64,000 bases of DNA, taken from contig JBCECL010000004.1 in the NCBI GenBank assembly GCA_039207135.1, positions 5,165 through 69,164 of the forward strand, read 5' to 3'. The translations under genes were made by a program, and so were the position numbers. Positions 38,866 through 46,830 of this stretch are shown here, piece after piece. Under the pieces are notes generated by a model that was not told the origin of the DNA, did no database searches, and worked only from the letters and a program-made list of their open reading frames with translations. Each line of letters starts with the position of its first letter. Within the stretch, counting starts at the first letter, position 1. Source of the stretch: Brevundimonas sp. (GTDB lineage: Bacteria > Actinomycetota > Actinomycetes > Actinomycetales > Cellulomonadaceae).

Positions 38866-40968
38866 GTGGCGATGGCCAAGATCGACGTCGTCGGCATGGG
38901 ACGGCTGGTGAGCGGGCTCGAGGACGGCATCGAGACGCTCGACACCGCGCGCGCCGACCTGCGCGGCACGCTCGCGCACTTCTACCTCGACACGGGTCGC
39001 AGCGCCGCGCTGCGGGGACCCGCCGACTGGGCGCGCGACGAGCTCCCGGCTGCCCGTCGTCGCCTCGCGCTCGCGCAGGCGCTCGAGGGCTCGGACCCGT
39101 CGTGGGAGAAGGGCAAGGTCGCGCTCGACGACGTCACGGACATCACGTCGATGGACCCGGACAAGGCGCAGCAGGCCGGGCAGGAGGCCGCGCAGGCGCT
39201 GCGCGACGGCGGGAAGCCCGACGCCGACCTCATCGACCAGATCGTCGAGATGCAGAACGACCCGTACTTCGCCGCGGGTTTCGCGAGTGCGCTCGGCGCG
39301 GACGAGCTCGCCGACGTGGTCGTCAAGCTCTCCTACAACCGGACCTTCCAGGACGGCTCGCACACGCAGGCGCAGCTCGACGCCGCCAACGCCTGGTACG
39401 GCAAGCTCCTGGTCGGCATGTCGACGACGGTGGCCACCGCCACGCGGTCGACGGGTGACCTTGCACTCCCGCCGGGCTACGCCCAGGGCTGGATCGACCA
39501 GATCACCGCCGAGGTGCCGACCTCGCCCTACTACGACGGCGGGGACGGCCGACCGGACCGTGCCAACGCGCTGACGGTGCTGCTGAACTCCGGCCGCTAC
39601 GGCGATGCGTTCCTCGGCCAGATCTCGACCCAGGTCTACGACTACGAGCGCAAGGTCGGTGACGAGCGCGGCAAGGTGTGGGAGCCCCGCGGCAGCGACC
39701 TGACGAGCCCGTTCGGCGTGTACGACGCCCAGGGCCTGCGGTTCCGTGACCCGATGACCGGCGTCATGAACGCCCTCGGCCACAACCCGCAGGCGGCGCA
39801 GTCGTTCCTCGACGGTGGACCTACCCGCACCGTCAAGATCGACGGGCACGACGTCCGGGTCTCCGACCGCCTGGCCTACCTCGTGATCGACCGTCGGTGG
39901 GACATCGACAACACCAACGGCGGCGCGCTCGGGTCGGCCCTCGAGGCGGCCACCACGAAGCTGCGCGACAGCGGACCGGCGGGCCAGGTCTCGGCGGATC
40001 TCGCGTCGCAGACCTTCGCGCTGATCGGGAACAAGACCGGCGAGGGCAAGTCCGGCGGCTTCCTCGGCATCGGTGCTGACGACGGCTGGAAGATGTGGGA
40101 CGGCCTGCGCCCTCACGTCTCGCAGATGCTGGCGTCCTACGGCGCCGACGCCTACCGCGTGATCGCCACCGACGACGACGACCTGACCCAGGGCTGGTCC
40201 GCGCCGGGCAGCGGCCAGCTCTTCGGCGACGACATGCCGTACGGCGCCGTGCTGGACAAGGCACTCCTGGCCAAGATCGTGGGGACGCTCGGCGAGAACC
40301 AGGACGACCTCACGCCGTTCCTGACCGGGCTGTTCCAGGCGCAGAACCTGGCGGTCGGCAAGGGGCTGACCGACGCGCTGAGCGACCAGCCGAACGCCGC
40401 GGCGAACTTCATCACGGGCGGCACGAGCGACGACTCGAACTCCTCGATCACCAACTCCTCCGAGGTCATCGGGTGGGCGCTGGACACGGCGTACTCCGGC
40501 GACAAGGCAGACGAGGAGATGCAGAAGAAGCGGGCCGAGGCGATCGCCGACGCCCTGAGCCTCGCGTCGAGCCTTCCCTTCGTGCCCGAGATCAAGCCGC
40601 AGTGGCTCGCGTGGGGCGCGGACCAGCTCAAGGACAAGACCCTCGACGAGATCCGCAACAGCGCCTCGTCCGACTCGGGCAAGACGTACACGGAGCTCAA
40701 CGCGGACGTCCAGGAGCGGCTCGAGGACGCCACGATGAACCAGCTCCTGCGCAGCGGCTACTTCAGCGACGACGCGGTCCGCCGCGCGGCCGACAAGGGC
40801 TTCACGTTCCGCCCGCCGCCGGCGGACGCGATCGACCCCGGGCCGCCGCCGCAGTTCCGCACGGACTCGTCGGCGTACGTCGACTGGTACAGCACGTCGG
40901 CGCTCAAGTCGATCGTCGCGGAGAAGGTGGTCGGGACGTATCGCGACCAGTGGGGTCTGCCGCTGTGA
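38866..40968 (+). CDS. Large soluble hypothetical protein, candidate T7SS substrate with an LXG-like N-terminus
   Basis: 700 aa with no signal peptide or TM helix. The N-terminus is MAKIDVVGMGRLVSGLEDGIETLDTARADLRGTLAHFY. I recognised no catalytic motif in the rest of the protein. Confidence 0.6.
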   Translation: MAMAKIDVVGMGRLVSGLEDGIETLDTARADLRGTLAHFYLDTGRSAALRGPADWARDELPAARRRLALAQALEGSDPSWEKGKVALDDVTDITSMDPDKAQQAGQEAAQALRDGGKPDADLIDQIVEMQNDPYFAAGFASALGADELADVVVKLSYNRTFQDGSHTQAQLDAANAWYGKLLVGMSTTVATATRSTGDLALPPGYAQGWIDQITAEVPTSPYYDGGDGRPDRANALTVLLNSGRYGDAFLGQISTQVYDYERKVGDERGKVWEPRGSDLTSPFGVYDAQGLRFRDPMTGVMNALGHNPQAAQSFLDGGPTRTVKIDGHDVRVSDRLAYLVIDRRWDIDNTNGGALGSALEAATTKLRDSGPAGQVSADLASQTFALIGNKTGEGKSGGFLGIGADDGWKMWDGLRPHVSQMLASYGADAYRVIATDDDDLTQGWSAPGSGQLFGDDMPYGAVLDKALLAKIVGTLGENQDDLTPFLTGLFQAQNLAVGKGLTDALSDQPNAAANFITGGTSDDSNSSITNSSEVIGWALDTAYSGDKADEEMQKKRAEAIADALSLASSLPFVPEIKPQWLAWGADQLKDKTLDEIRNSASSDSGKTYTELNADVQERLEDATMNQLLRSGYFSDDAVRRAADKGFTFRPPPADAIDPGPPPQFRTDSSAYVDWYSTSALKSIVAEKVVGTYRDQWGLPL

Positions 40969-41549
40969 CGCGGCGAGCGGGTCGCTGGGTCGCAGCGACG
41001 TCGACCCTCGCGGTCGTGCTCGTCGCGCTGGCTGCGTGCACCTCGGACCCCGAGGCGTCGCCGACCGAGATCCCGACGCGCCCTGCCTCGAGCGGCGACC
41101 TCCTGTGCGGCATGAGCCGCACCGACGTCGCGACGGCCACGGGCGTCGACGTCGGCAGCGCAGACGGCGACCTGGCCACGCCCGCTGCCGACGGGGAGCG
41201 GACGTGCGAGGTGCGGCCGACCGACGGCAGCGACGCGGTCGTCTTCGTCTGGGTGGATCCGGCGTCGTCGGCGAGGGGCAAGGACCTGCGAGCGCAGCTG
41301 GACGGCGACGCGGTCGGAGTGGCGAAGCCGGACGTGCGGTTCGACTCGGTCGACGCCGCCGGCTGGCGCGGGGGACCGCAGGGTGCGACACCCGCGATCC
41401 TCGGTGGAACCGTGGTCCTGGCCGACGGCGACCAGGTGGTCAAGGTGACGACCACCCGCAACGGCTCCGGCCGCGACCCGCTCGAGGACGCCCTCGCGCT
41501 CGCGCAGCAGGTCGGGGCGTCGCAGGACGCGTCGGCGCAGGGGCAGTAG
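40965..41549 (+). CDS. Lipoprotein (DUF3558-like cysteine pattern, weak)
   Basis: Signal peptide with lipobox LVALAAC. A GTGA overlap joins it to the 700-aa gene. The mature part has two further Cys residues (LLCGMS, ERTCEV). Confidence 0.7.
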   Translation: MTRRAGRWVAATSTLAVVLVALAACTSDPEASPTEIPTRPASSGDLLCGMSRTDVATATGVDVGSADGDLATPAADGERTCEVRPTDGSDAVVFVWVDPASSARGKDLRAQLDGDAVGVAKPDVRFDSVDAAGWRGGPQGATPAILGGTVVLADGDQVVKVTTTRNGSGRDPLEDALALAQQVGASQDASAQGQ

Positions 41550-41718
41550 TGCAGGGGAATGTTCTCGATCGCTCGCGCGCCGAGCGACGCGTCGGGCGCG
41601 GCCCGTGGCGCGGCTCGGGCGACGTGACCGTTATGGTGGTTTCGCGAACCGACCACGGTTCGGGTCCCTCGCCACGAGGGCCGCGCGCTGCGACGCACGA
41701 CCACGAACGGGAGTACCG

Positions 41719-42360
41719 ATGGCGAGGCTGACGGGGGCGATCGTCGGTGCCCTGCTGGTGTCCCTGGCGGTCGCCGGATGCTCGTCCTCGTCGGGCGACG
41801 AGCCGGACGTCGTCGCCGCGGGCACGACGCCCGCCGTCACGCGAAGCGCGCCGGCGCCCACCGCGAGCCCGAGCGCCGCGCCGACGGCGACGGCGACCCC
41901 GACCAGCGCCGTCACGGACCGGTCCGACCTCGCGCTGGGCATCGCGTTCAAGGACATCCCGCAGGTCCAGGGCGAGCAGGCCGAGGCGGTCGACGCGCTC
42001 ATGAGGTTCCAGGTCGAGTTCTGGCGTTCCCGCGTCGAGGGCAAGGTCTCGCCCGCGGTCAACGACCTCGCGACGGGTGAGGCGCTCGCACAGGTCAAGG
42101 ACGTCGTGGCGACGAACGCGACGGACGGGTGGACTACAGGGGGCGCCATGAGCAACACGTTCGCGGATCTCGCCAGCAGCAAGCACGTCGTCCTCGTCGA
42201 CGTGTGCGTCGACGAGCGCGGCGCCACGTACACCAAGGCCGGCAAGGTGACCTCGGGCGCCGACCTCGACCTCGCGCGGCAGACGTACCGCGCCGAGGTC
42301 GCGCGCCAGCCCGGGGGCGGATGGGCCGTCCAGATGTACGCCCCGGGGAAGTCGTGCTGA
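41719..42360 (+). CDS. Lipoprotein, unknown function
   Basis: Starts MARLTGAIVGALLVSLAVAGCSSS (lipobox), followed by a Pro/Ala/Thr linker and then a globular domain. Confidence 0.7.
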   Translation: MARLTGAIVGALLVSLAVAGCSSSSGDEPDVVAAGTTPAVTRSAPAPTASPSAAPTATATPTSAVTDRSDLALGIAFKDIPQVQGEQAEAVDALMRFQVEFWRSRVEGKVSPAVNDLATGEALAQVKDVVATNATDGWTTGGAMSNTFADLASSKHVVLVDVCVDERGATYTKAGKVTSGADLDLARQTYRAEVARQPGGGWAVQMYAPGKSC

Positions 42361-43367
42361 GGGCCGGGCGGCTCGCGGCCGTGGTGCTCGGCGCGCTCGC
42401 CCTGGTGGCGGCGGCGCCCGGCGCGGTCGCCGCCGACGGCCCCTGCCGTGGATCGTGCGACGGCGGATCGGCCAGCGGGGGCACCAGTGCCGACTCGATA
42501 ACGGTCACGGTGAGCGGGTCGGGCGTGATCCCGGGCCACGGTTCGGTGCCGATCGACACCTCGAAGATCGCGGTGCACCCCCTGTGCTGGTACTCGGCCT
42601 TCGCCACCGGCAAGGAGTACGCGGAGTTCGTCGAGAGCGGCCGGGCGGCCGAGCTCGCGCACCACCACGACGACTACGAGACGGTCGAAGGCTGGGAAGA
42701 GCACCGCGACGACGACAAGGGCCACTGGTACGGGGGCACGTGCTCCAGCGCGTACTGGAAGGGCGAGACCATCGACGGCTTCTTCGAGGCCTCGGAGGCA
42801 TGGTTCGCCGACCACCACGTGGTCTGGGTCGACGGCGGAGACGCCCCGCCCGACCCCTTGGTGACACCCGAGATGCTCGCCGAGGTCGCCCGGAGCGAGA
42901 TGCGCATCCCGAAGGGCGAGCTCCACTGGAACCCGACCAGGGAGGGCGACGCCGCGACGTTCGTCGGCCTCGACACCTGGGTGTGGCTCGACGGTGCGCC
43001 GACGTCGGTCGAGGTCACGGCCTCCGTCTACGGCGGAGCGGTGTGGGCACGCGTCGACGCCACGCTCGACCACATCGATGTGTCGGCCGATGGGGCGCCG
43101 AACCGCCGCTGCGACGACACCGGTACGCCGTGGTCGCCCGGCGCGACGACGACGACGTGCTCGATCGCGTTCGTGCGCTCGAGCGCGACGCAGCCCAGGG
43201 ACTCGGACGGTGTGCGGAGGTCGACCTTGCGAGCCGCCGGCAGCTGGACGGCGTCGTGGGTGTCGAGCCTCGGCGGCGGACGGATTGATCTGCCGGCGCC
43301 CGCACCCGTGGTCACGACGGCCAGGGTGCCGGTCGCAGAGATCGAGTCGGTCGCCACCCAGCCGTAG
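42354..43367 (+). CDS. Secreted hypothetical protein
   Basis: GTG 42354 overlaps the upstream stop. Signal peptide LAAVVLGALALVAAAPGAVAADG. The C-terminal region has the pattern GLDTWVWLD..VTASV..C..GTPW..C..W.ASW. Confidence 0.65.
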   Translation: MLRAGRLAAVVLGALALVAAAPGAVAADGPCRGSCDGGSASGGTSADSITVTVSGSGVIPGHGSVPIDTSKIAVHPLCWYSAFATGKEYAEFVESGRAAELAHHHDDYETVEGWEEHRDDDKGHWYGGTCSSAYWKGETIDGFFEASEAWFADHHVVWVDGGDAPPDPLVTPEMLAEVARSEMRIPKGELHWNPTREGDAATFVGLDTWVWLDGAPTSVEVTASVYGGAVWARVDATLDHIDVSADGAPNRRCDDTGTPWSPGATTTTCSIAFVRSSATQPRDSDGVRRSTLRAAGSWTASWVSSLGGGRIDLPAPAPVVTTARVPVAEIESVATQP

Positions 43368-43413
43368 GCCCGACGCGGTTGACAGTCGTTCGAACACGTG
43401 TTCGCATAGAGAC

Positions 43414-44475
43414 GTGCGATGGGACGGTCAGCGGGACGACGAGGACACGGCACTGCCGGGTCTGGGACTGCGCGGCCTGGTTCGCAGCGTGCGGACACCC
43501 GAGTTCGCCGGGATCACGTTCCACGAGGTGCTCGCGCGCAGCGCGCTGAACAAGGTCCCGGACGCGTCGTCGATGCCGTTCCGCTGGACGGTCAACCCGT
43601 TCCGCGGCTGCACGCACGCCTGCGTCTACTGCTTCGCGCGGCCCACGCACGAGTACCTCGACCTCGACGCGGGCCGCGACTTCGAGACCCAGGTCGTCGT
43701 GAAGACGAACGTCGTCGAGGTGCTCCGGGCGGAGCTGCACCGGGCGTCGTGGAGCCGGGAGACCGTCGCGCTCGGCACCAACACCGACCCGTACCAGCGA
43801 GCCGAGGGCCGCTACGGGTTCATGCCCGGGATCGTCGAGGCCCTCGTCGAGACCCGCACGCCGCTGTCGATCCTCACGAAGGGCACGCTGCTCCGACGAG
43901 ACCTCGACCAGCTGGCGTCGGCCGCATCGCACGTCCCGGTCGGTATCGGCATCTCACTGGCGATCGGCGACGAGAGCCTCCAGCAGGCTCTCGAGCCCGG
44001 TACGCCGACGCCGCGCGCGCGGCTCGACCTCATCCGCGCGGTGCGCGACGCCGGGCTGCCGTGCGGTGTCATGGTCGCTCCCGTGATGCCGTGGCTCACG
44101 GACGGGCGCGACGAGCTCGACGCGCTGCTCGGGCAGCTCGCAGAGGCGGGCGCCACGGGGGTCACCGTGCTGCCGCTGCACCTGCGCGGCCCCGTGAAGC
44201 CCCTGTTCTACGCGTGGCTCGACGAGCACCGCCCCGAGCTCGTGGCGCGCTACCGCTCGCTGTACGGGTCGGGCGCGTACGTGCCGGCCGAGTACGCGCG
44301 CTGGCTCGGCGAGCGCGTGCGACCTCTCGTCGCGAGGCACGGGCTCGGGCCGCGCGGAGGCCACCGCCTCGCCACGGAGGGCACGTACCCCGAGGGCAGC
44401 ATGCAGCCGTCGGCCTCCACCCGGCCGGACGCTGCGCCAGCGGTGGCGACCGTGCTCCAGCCGGCGCTCTTCTAG
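43414..44475 (+). CDS. Rv2578c-family radical SAM protein
   Basis: CX3CX2C motif CTHACVYC. The context between hisS and aspS matches Rv2578c. Confidence 0.85.
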   Translation: MRWDGQRDDEDTALPGLGLRGLVRSVRTPEFAGITFHEVLARSALNKVPDASSMPFRWTVNPFRGCTHACVYCFARPTHEYLDLDAGRDFETQVVVKTNVVEVLRAELHRASWSRETVALGTNTDPYQRAEGRYGFMPGIVEALVETRTPLSILTKGTLLRRDLDQLASAASHVPVGIGISLAIGDESLQQALEPGTPTPRARLDLIRAVRDAGLPCGVMVAPVMPWLTDGRDELDALLGQLAEAGATGVTVLPLHLRGPVKPLFYAWLDEHRPELVARYRSLYGSGAYVPAEYARWLGERVRPLVARHGLGPRGGHRLATEGTYPEGSMQPSASTRPDAAPAVATVLQPALF

Positions 44476-44580
44476 GGCGCCAGCGTGCGACATGCCCGTG
44501 GCTGCCGTCGACCGCCCGGTCACGGACCGGCGGCGACTAGGATCATGCCTGCCCCAAGCCTCTGACCGAAGGACTTCGCT

Positions 44581-46350
44581 GTGCTCCGCACCCACACCGC
44601 CGGCTCGCTCCGAGCCGAGCACATCGGCACGACCGTCACGCTCACGGGCTGGGTGGACCGTCGGCGCGATCACGGCGGCGTGGCGTTCGTGGACCTGCGT
44701 GACGCCTCCGGCATCGCCCAGGTCGTGATCCGCGACGAGGCGGTCGCGCACGGCCTGCGCGCCGAGTACGTGCTCCAGGTGACCGGCGAGATCGGTCGTC
44801 GGCCGGCCGGAAACGAGAACGCGAACCTCGCGACCGGCGAGGTCGAGCTCGTCGCGACCGATGTCGTGGTCCTCAACGAGGCCGCGCCGCTGCCGTTCCA
44901 GGTGTCGTCGTCGCTCGACGAGCCCGTGGGGGAGGAGGCGCGCCTCAAGCACCGCTACCTCGACCTGCGCCGGCCCGCCCCCGCACGGGCGCTGCGCCTG
45001 CGCGCGAAGGCCAACGCGGCCGCCCGCGCGGTGCTGGACGCGCAGGACTTCGTCGAGGTCGAGACGCCGACGCTCACGCGCAGCACCCCCGAGGGTGCCC
45101 GCGACTTCCTGGTGCCCGCGCGGCTCGCGCCCGGCAGCTGGTACGCCCTGCCGCAGTCGCCCCAGCTGTTCAAGCAGTTGCTCATGGTGGCCGGCCTCGA
45201 GCGCTACTACCAGATCGCCCGCTGCTACCGCGACGAGGACTTCCGCGCGGACCGCCAGCCCGAGTTCACGCAGCTCGACGTCGAGATGAGCTTCGTCGAG
45301 CAGGACGACGTGATCGCCCTCGGCGAGCAGATCCTCGTCGCCCTGTGGAAGCTGATCGACGTCGAGATCCCGACGCCGATCCGGCGCATGACGTTCCACG
45401 AGGCCATGGCCAAGTACGGCTCCGACAAGCCCGACCTGCGGTTCGGTCTCGAGCTCGTCGAGCTGACCGACTACTTCAAGGACACGACGTTCCGCGTGTT
45501 CCAGGCCCCGTACGTCGGCGCCGTCGTTCAGCCGGGCGGGGCATCCACGCCGCGCCGCGGGTTCGACGCGTGGCAGGAGTGGGCCAAGCAGCGCGGCGCC
45601 AAGGGCCTCGCGTACGTGACGGTCGGCGAGGACGGCGAGCTCGGCGGTCCGGTCGCCAAGAACATCACCGACGACGAGCGCGCCGGCCTGGTCGCCGCCG
45701 TGGGCGCGAGCCCGGGCGACGCGATCTTCTTCGCCGCGGGCTCCGTCTCCGACGCGCGCGGCCTGCTGGGCGCCGCTCGCCTCGAGATCGGCCGCCGCGG
45801 CGGCTTGATCGACGAGAGCGAGTGGTCGTTCGTGTGGGTCGTCGACGCGCCGCTGTTCAAGCCCACGGGCGAGGACGACGACGTGGCGGTCGGCGGCGGC
45901 GCCTGGACGGCTGTGCACCACGCGTTCACGTCGCCCACCCCCGACTGGATCGACACGTTCGAGCAGGACCCGGGCGCAGCGCTCGCCTACGCGTACGACA
46001 TCGTCTGCAACGGCAACGAGATCGGCGGCGGCTCGATCCGTATCCACCGCCGCGACGTGCAGGAGCGGGTCTTCGAGATCATGGGCATCGGCCCCGACGA
46101 CGCGCAGGAGAAGTTCGGCTTCCTGCTCGACGCGTTCCAGTTCGGCGCGCCGCCGCACGGTGGGATCGCGTTCGGCTGGGACCGCATCGTCGCGCTGCTC
46201 ACGGGCGCCGAGTCGATCCGTGACGTCATCGCGTTCCCGAAGTCGGGCGGCGGCTACGACCCGCTGACGCAGGCGCCTGCGCCCATCACGCCCGAGCAGC
46301 GCCGCGAGGCCGGCGTGGACGCGAAGCCGAAGGCCAAGCCCGCCGAGTGA
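44581..46350 (+). CDS. aspS: Aspartate--tRNA ligase
   Basis: Contains [24 protein letters not shown], an OB-fold N-terminus and GGGSIRIH. Confidence 0.96.
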   Translation: MLRTHTAGSLRAEHIGTTVTLTGWVDRRRDHGGVAFVDLRDASGIAQVVIRDEAVAHGLRAEYVLQVTGEIGRRPAGNENANLATGEVELVATDVVVLNEAAPLPFQVSSSLDEPVGEEARLKHRYLDLRRPAPARALRLRAKANAAARAVLDAQDFVEVETPTLTRSTPEGARDFLVPARLAPGSWYALPQSPQLFKQLLMVAGLERYYQIARCYRDEDFRADRQPEFTQLDVEMSFVEQDDVIALGEQILVALWKLIDVEIPTPIRRMTFHEAMAKYGSDKPDLRFGLELVELTDYFKDTTFRVFQAPYVGAVVQPGGASTPRRGFDAWQEWAKQRGAKGLAYVTVGEDGELGGPVAKNITDDERAGLVAAVGASPGDAIFFAAGSVSDARGLLGAARLEIGRRGGLIDESEWSFVWVVDAPLFKPTGEDDDVAVGGGAWTAVHHAFTSPTPDWIDTFEQDPGAALAYAYDIVCNGNEIGGGSIRIHRRDVQERVFEIMGIGPDDAQEKFGFLLDAFQFGAPPHGGIAFGWDRIVALLTGAESIRDVIAFPKSGGGYDPLTQAPAPITPEQRREAGVDAKPKAKPAE

Positions 46351-46447
46351 CGTGATCGGTGGCCGCGCGCGTCGCGTGCGGCCACCGACCGGTCTCGCGA
46401 CGTTCCCGCGCCGTCGAGTGCGCTTGTGCCGGCATGGCTGGAGGCGC

Positions 46448-46777
46448 TCACCACCTCGTCGGGAACGAGCTCTGCCCGGTGAGCGACGGGTGGTCCGCGG
46501 GCGCGTCCTCGAGACCGCGCGCGATCTCGACGCGCGGGCTGTCGGGCATCGCCTGGCGTGCTCGGGTCCACAGGCGCCAGAGCACGAAGCCGGCGCCGAT
46601 CGTGACGAGACCGCCCTGGTAGACGATCCACGCCCCGCGCGGATCGTGGTCGACCAGGTAGACGACGAACTGCACCGCGTGGAGCGCGAGGACGGGCGCG
46701 AACACCGCCGTCCAGATGACGGCACGCCTGCGCAGGCGCTTGTAGCGGTCCAGGGTCCGGGCAGGCGTCGACGGCAC
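46448..46777 (-). CDS. Small two-TM membrane protein, unknown function
   Basis: 109 aa with two hydrophobic helices (AVIWTAVFAPVLALHAVQFVVYLV; GGLVTIGAGFVLWRLW). It lies downstream of the MMPL gene on the same strand. Confidence 0.5.
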   Translation of the reverse strand: MPSTPARTLDRYKRLRRRAVIWTAVFAPVLALHAVQFVVYLVDHDPRGAWIVYQGGLVTIGAGFVLWRLWTRARQAMPDSPRVEIARGLEDAPADHPSLTGQSSFPTRW

Positions 46778-46830
46778 GGCGTCTGTCTACCAGGCGGGAC
46801 GTCGGCGGTGCGTGAGCCGACCGGATGACC

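Noticed and set aside
24282-43413. The 19-kb block read as a recently acquired genomic island or prophage.
   Set aside because: I saw no integrase, recombinase, transposase, tRNA attachment site, phage structural genes or flanking direct repeats. The composition looks like the backbone. I could not compute GC or codon statistics, so this rejection is by eye only.
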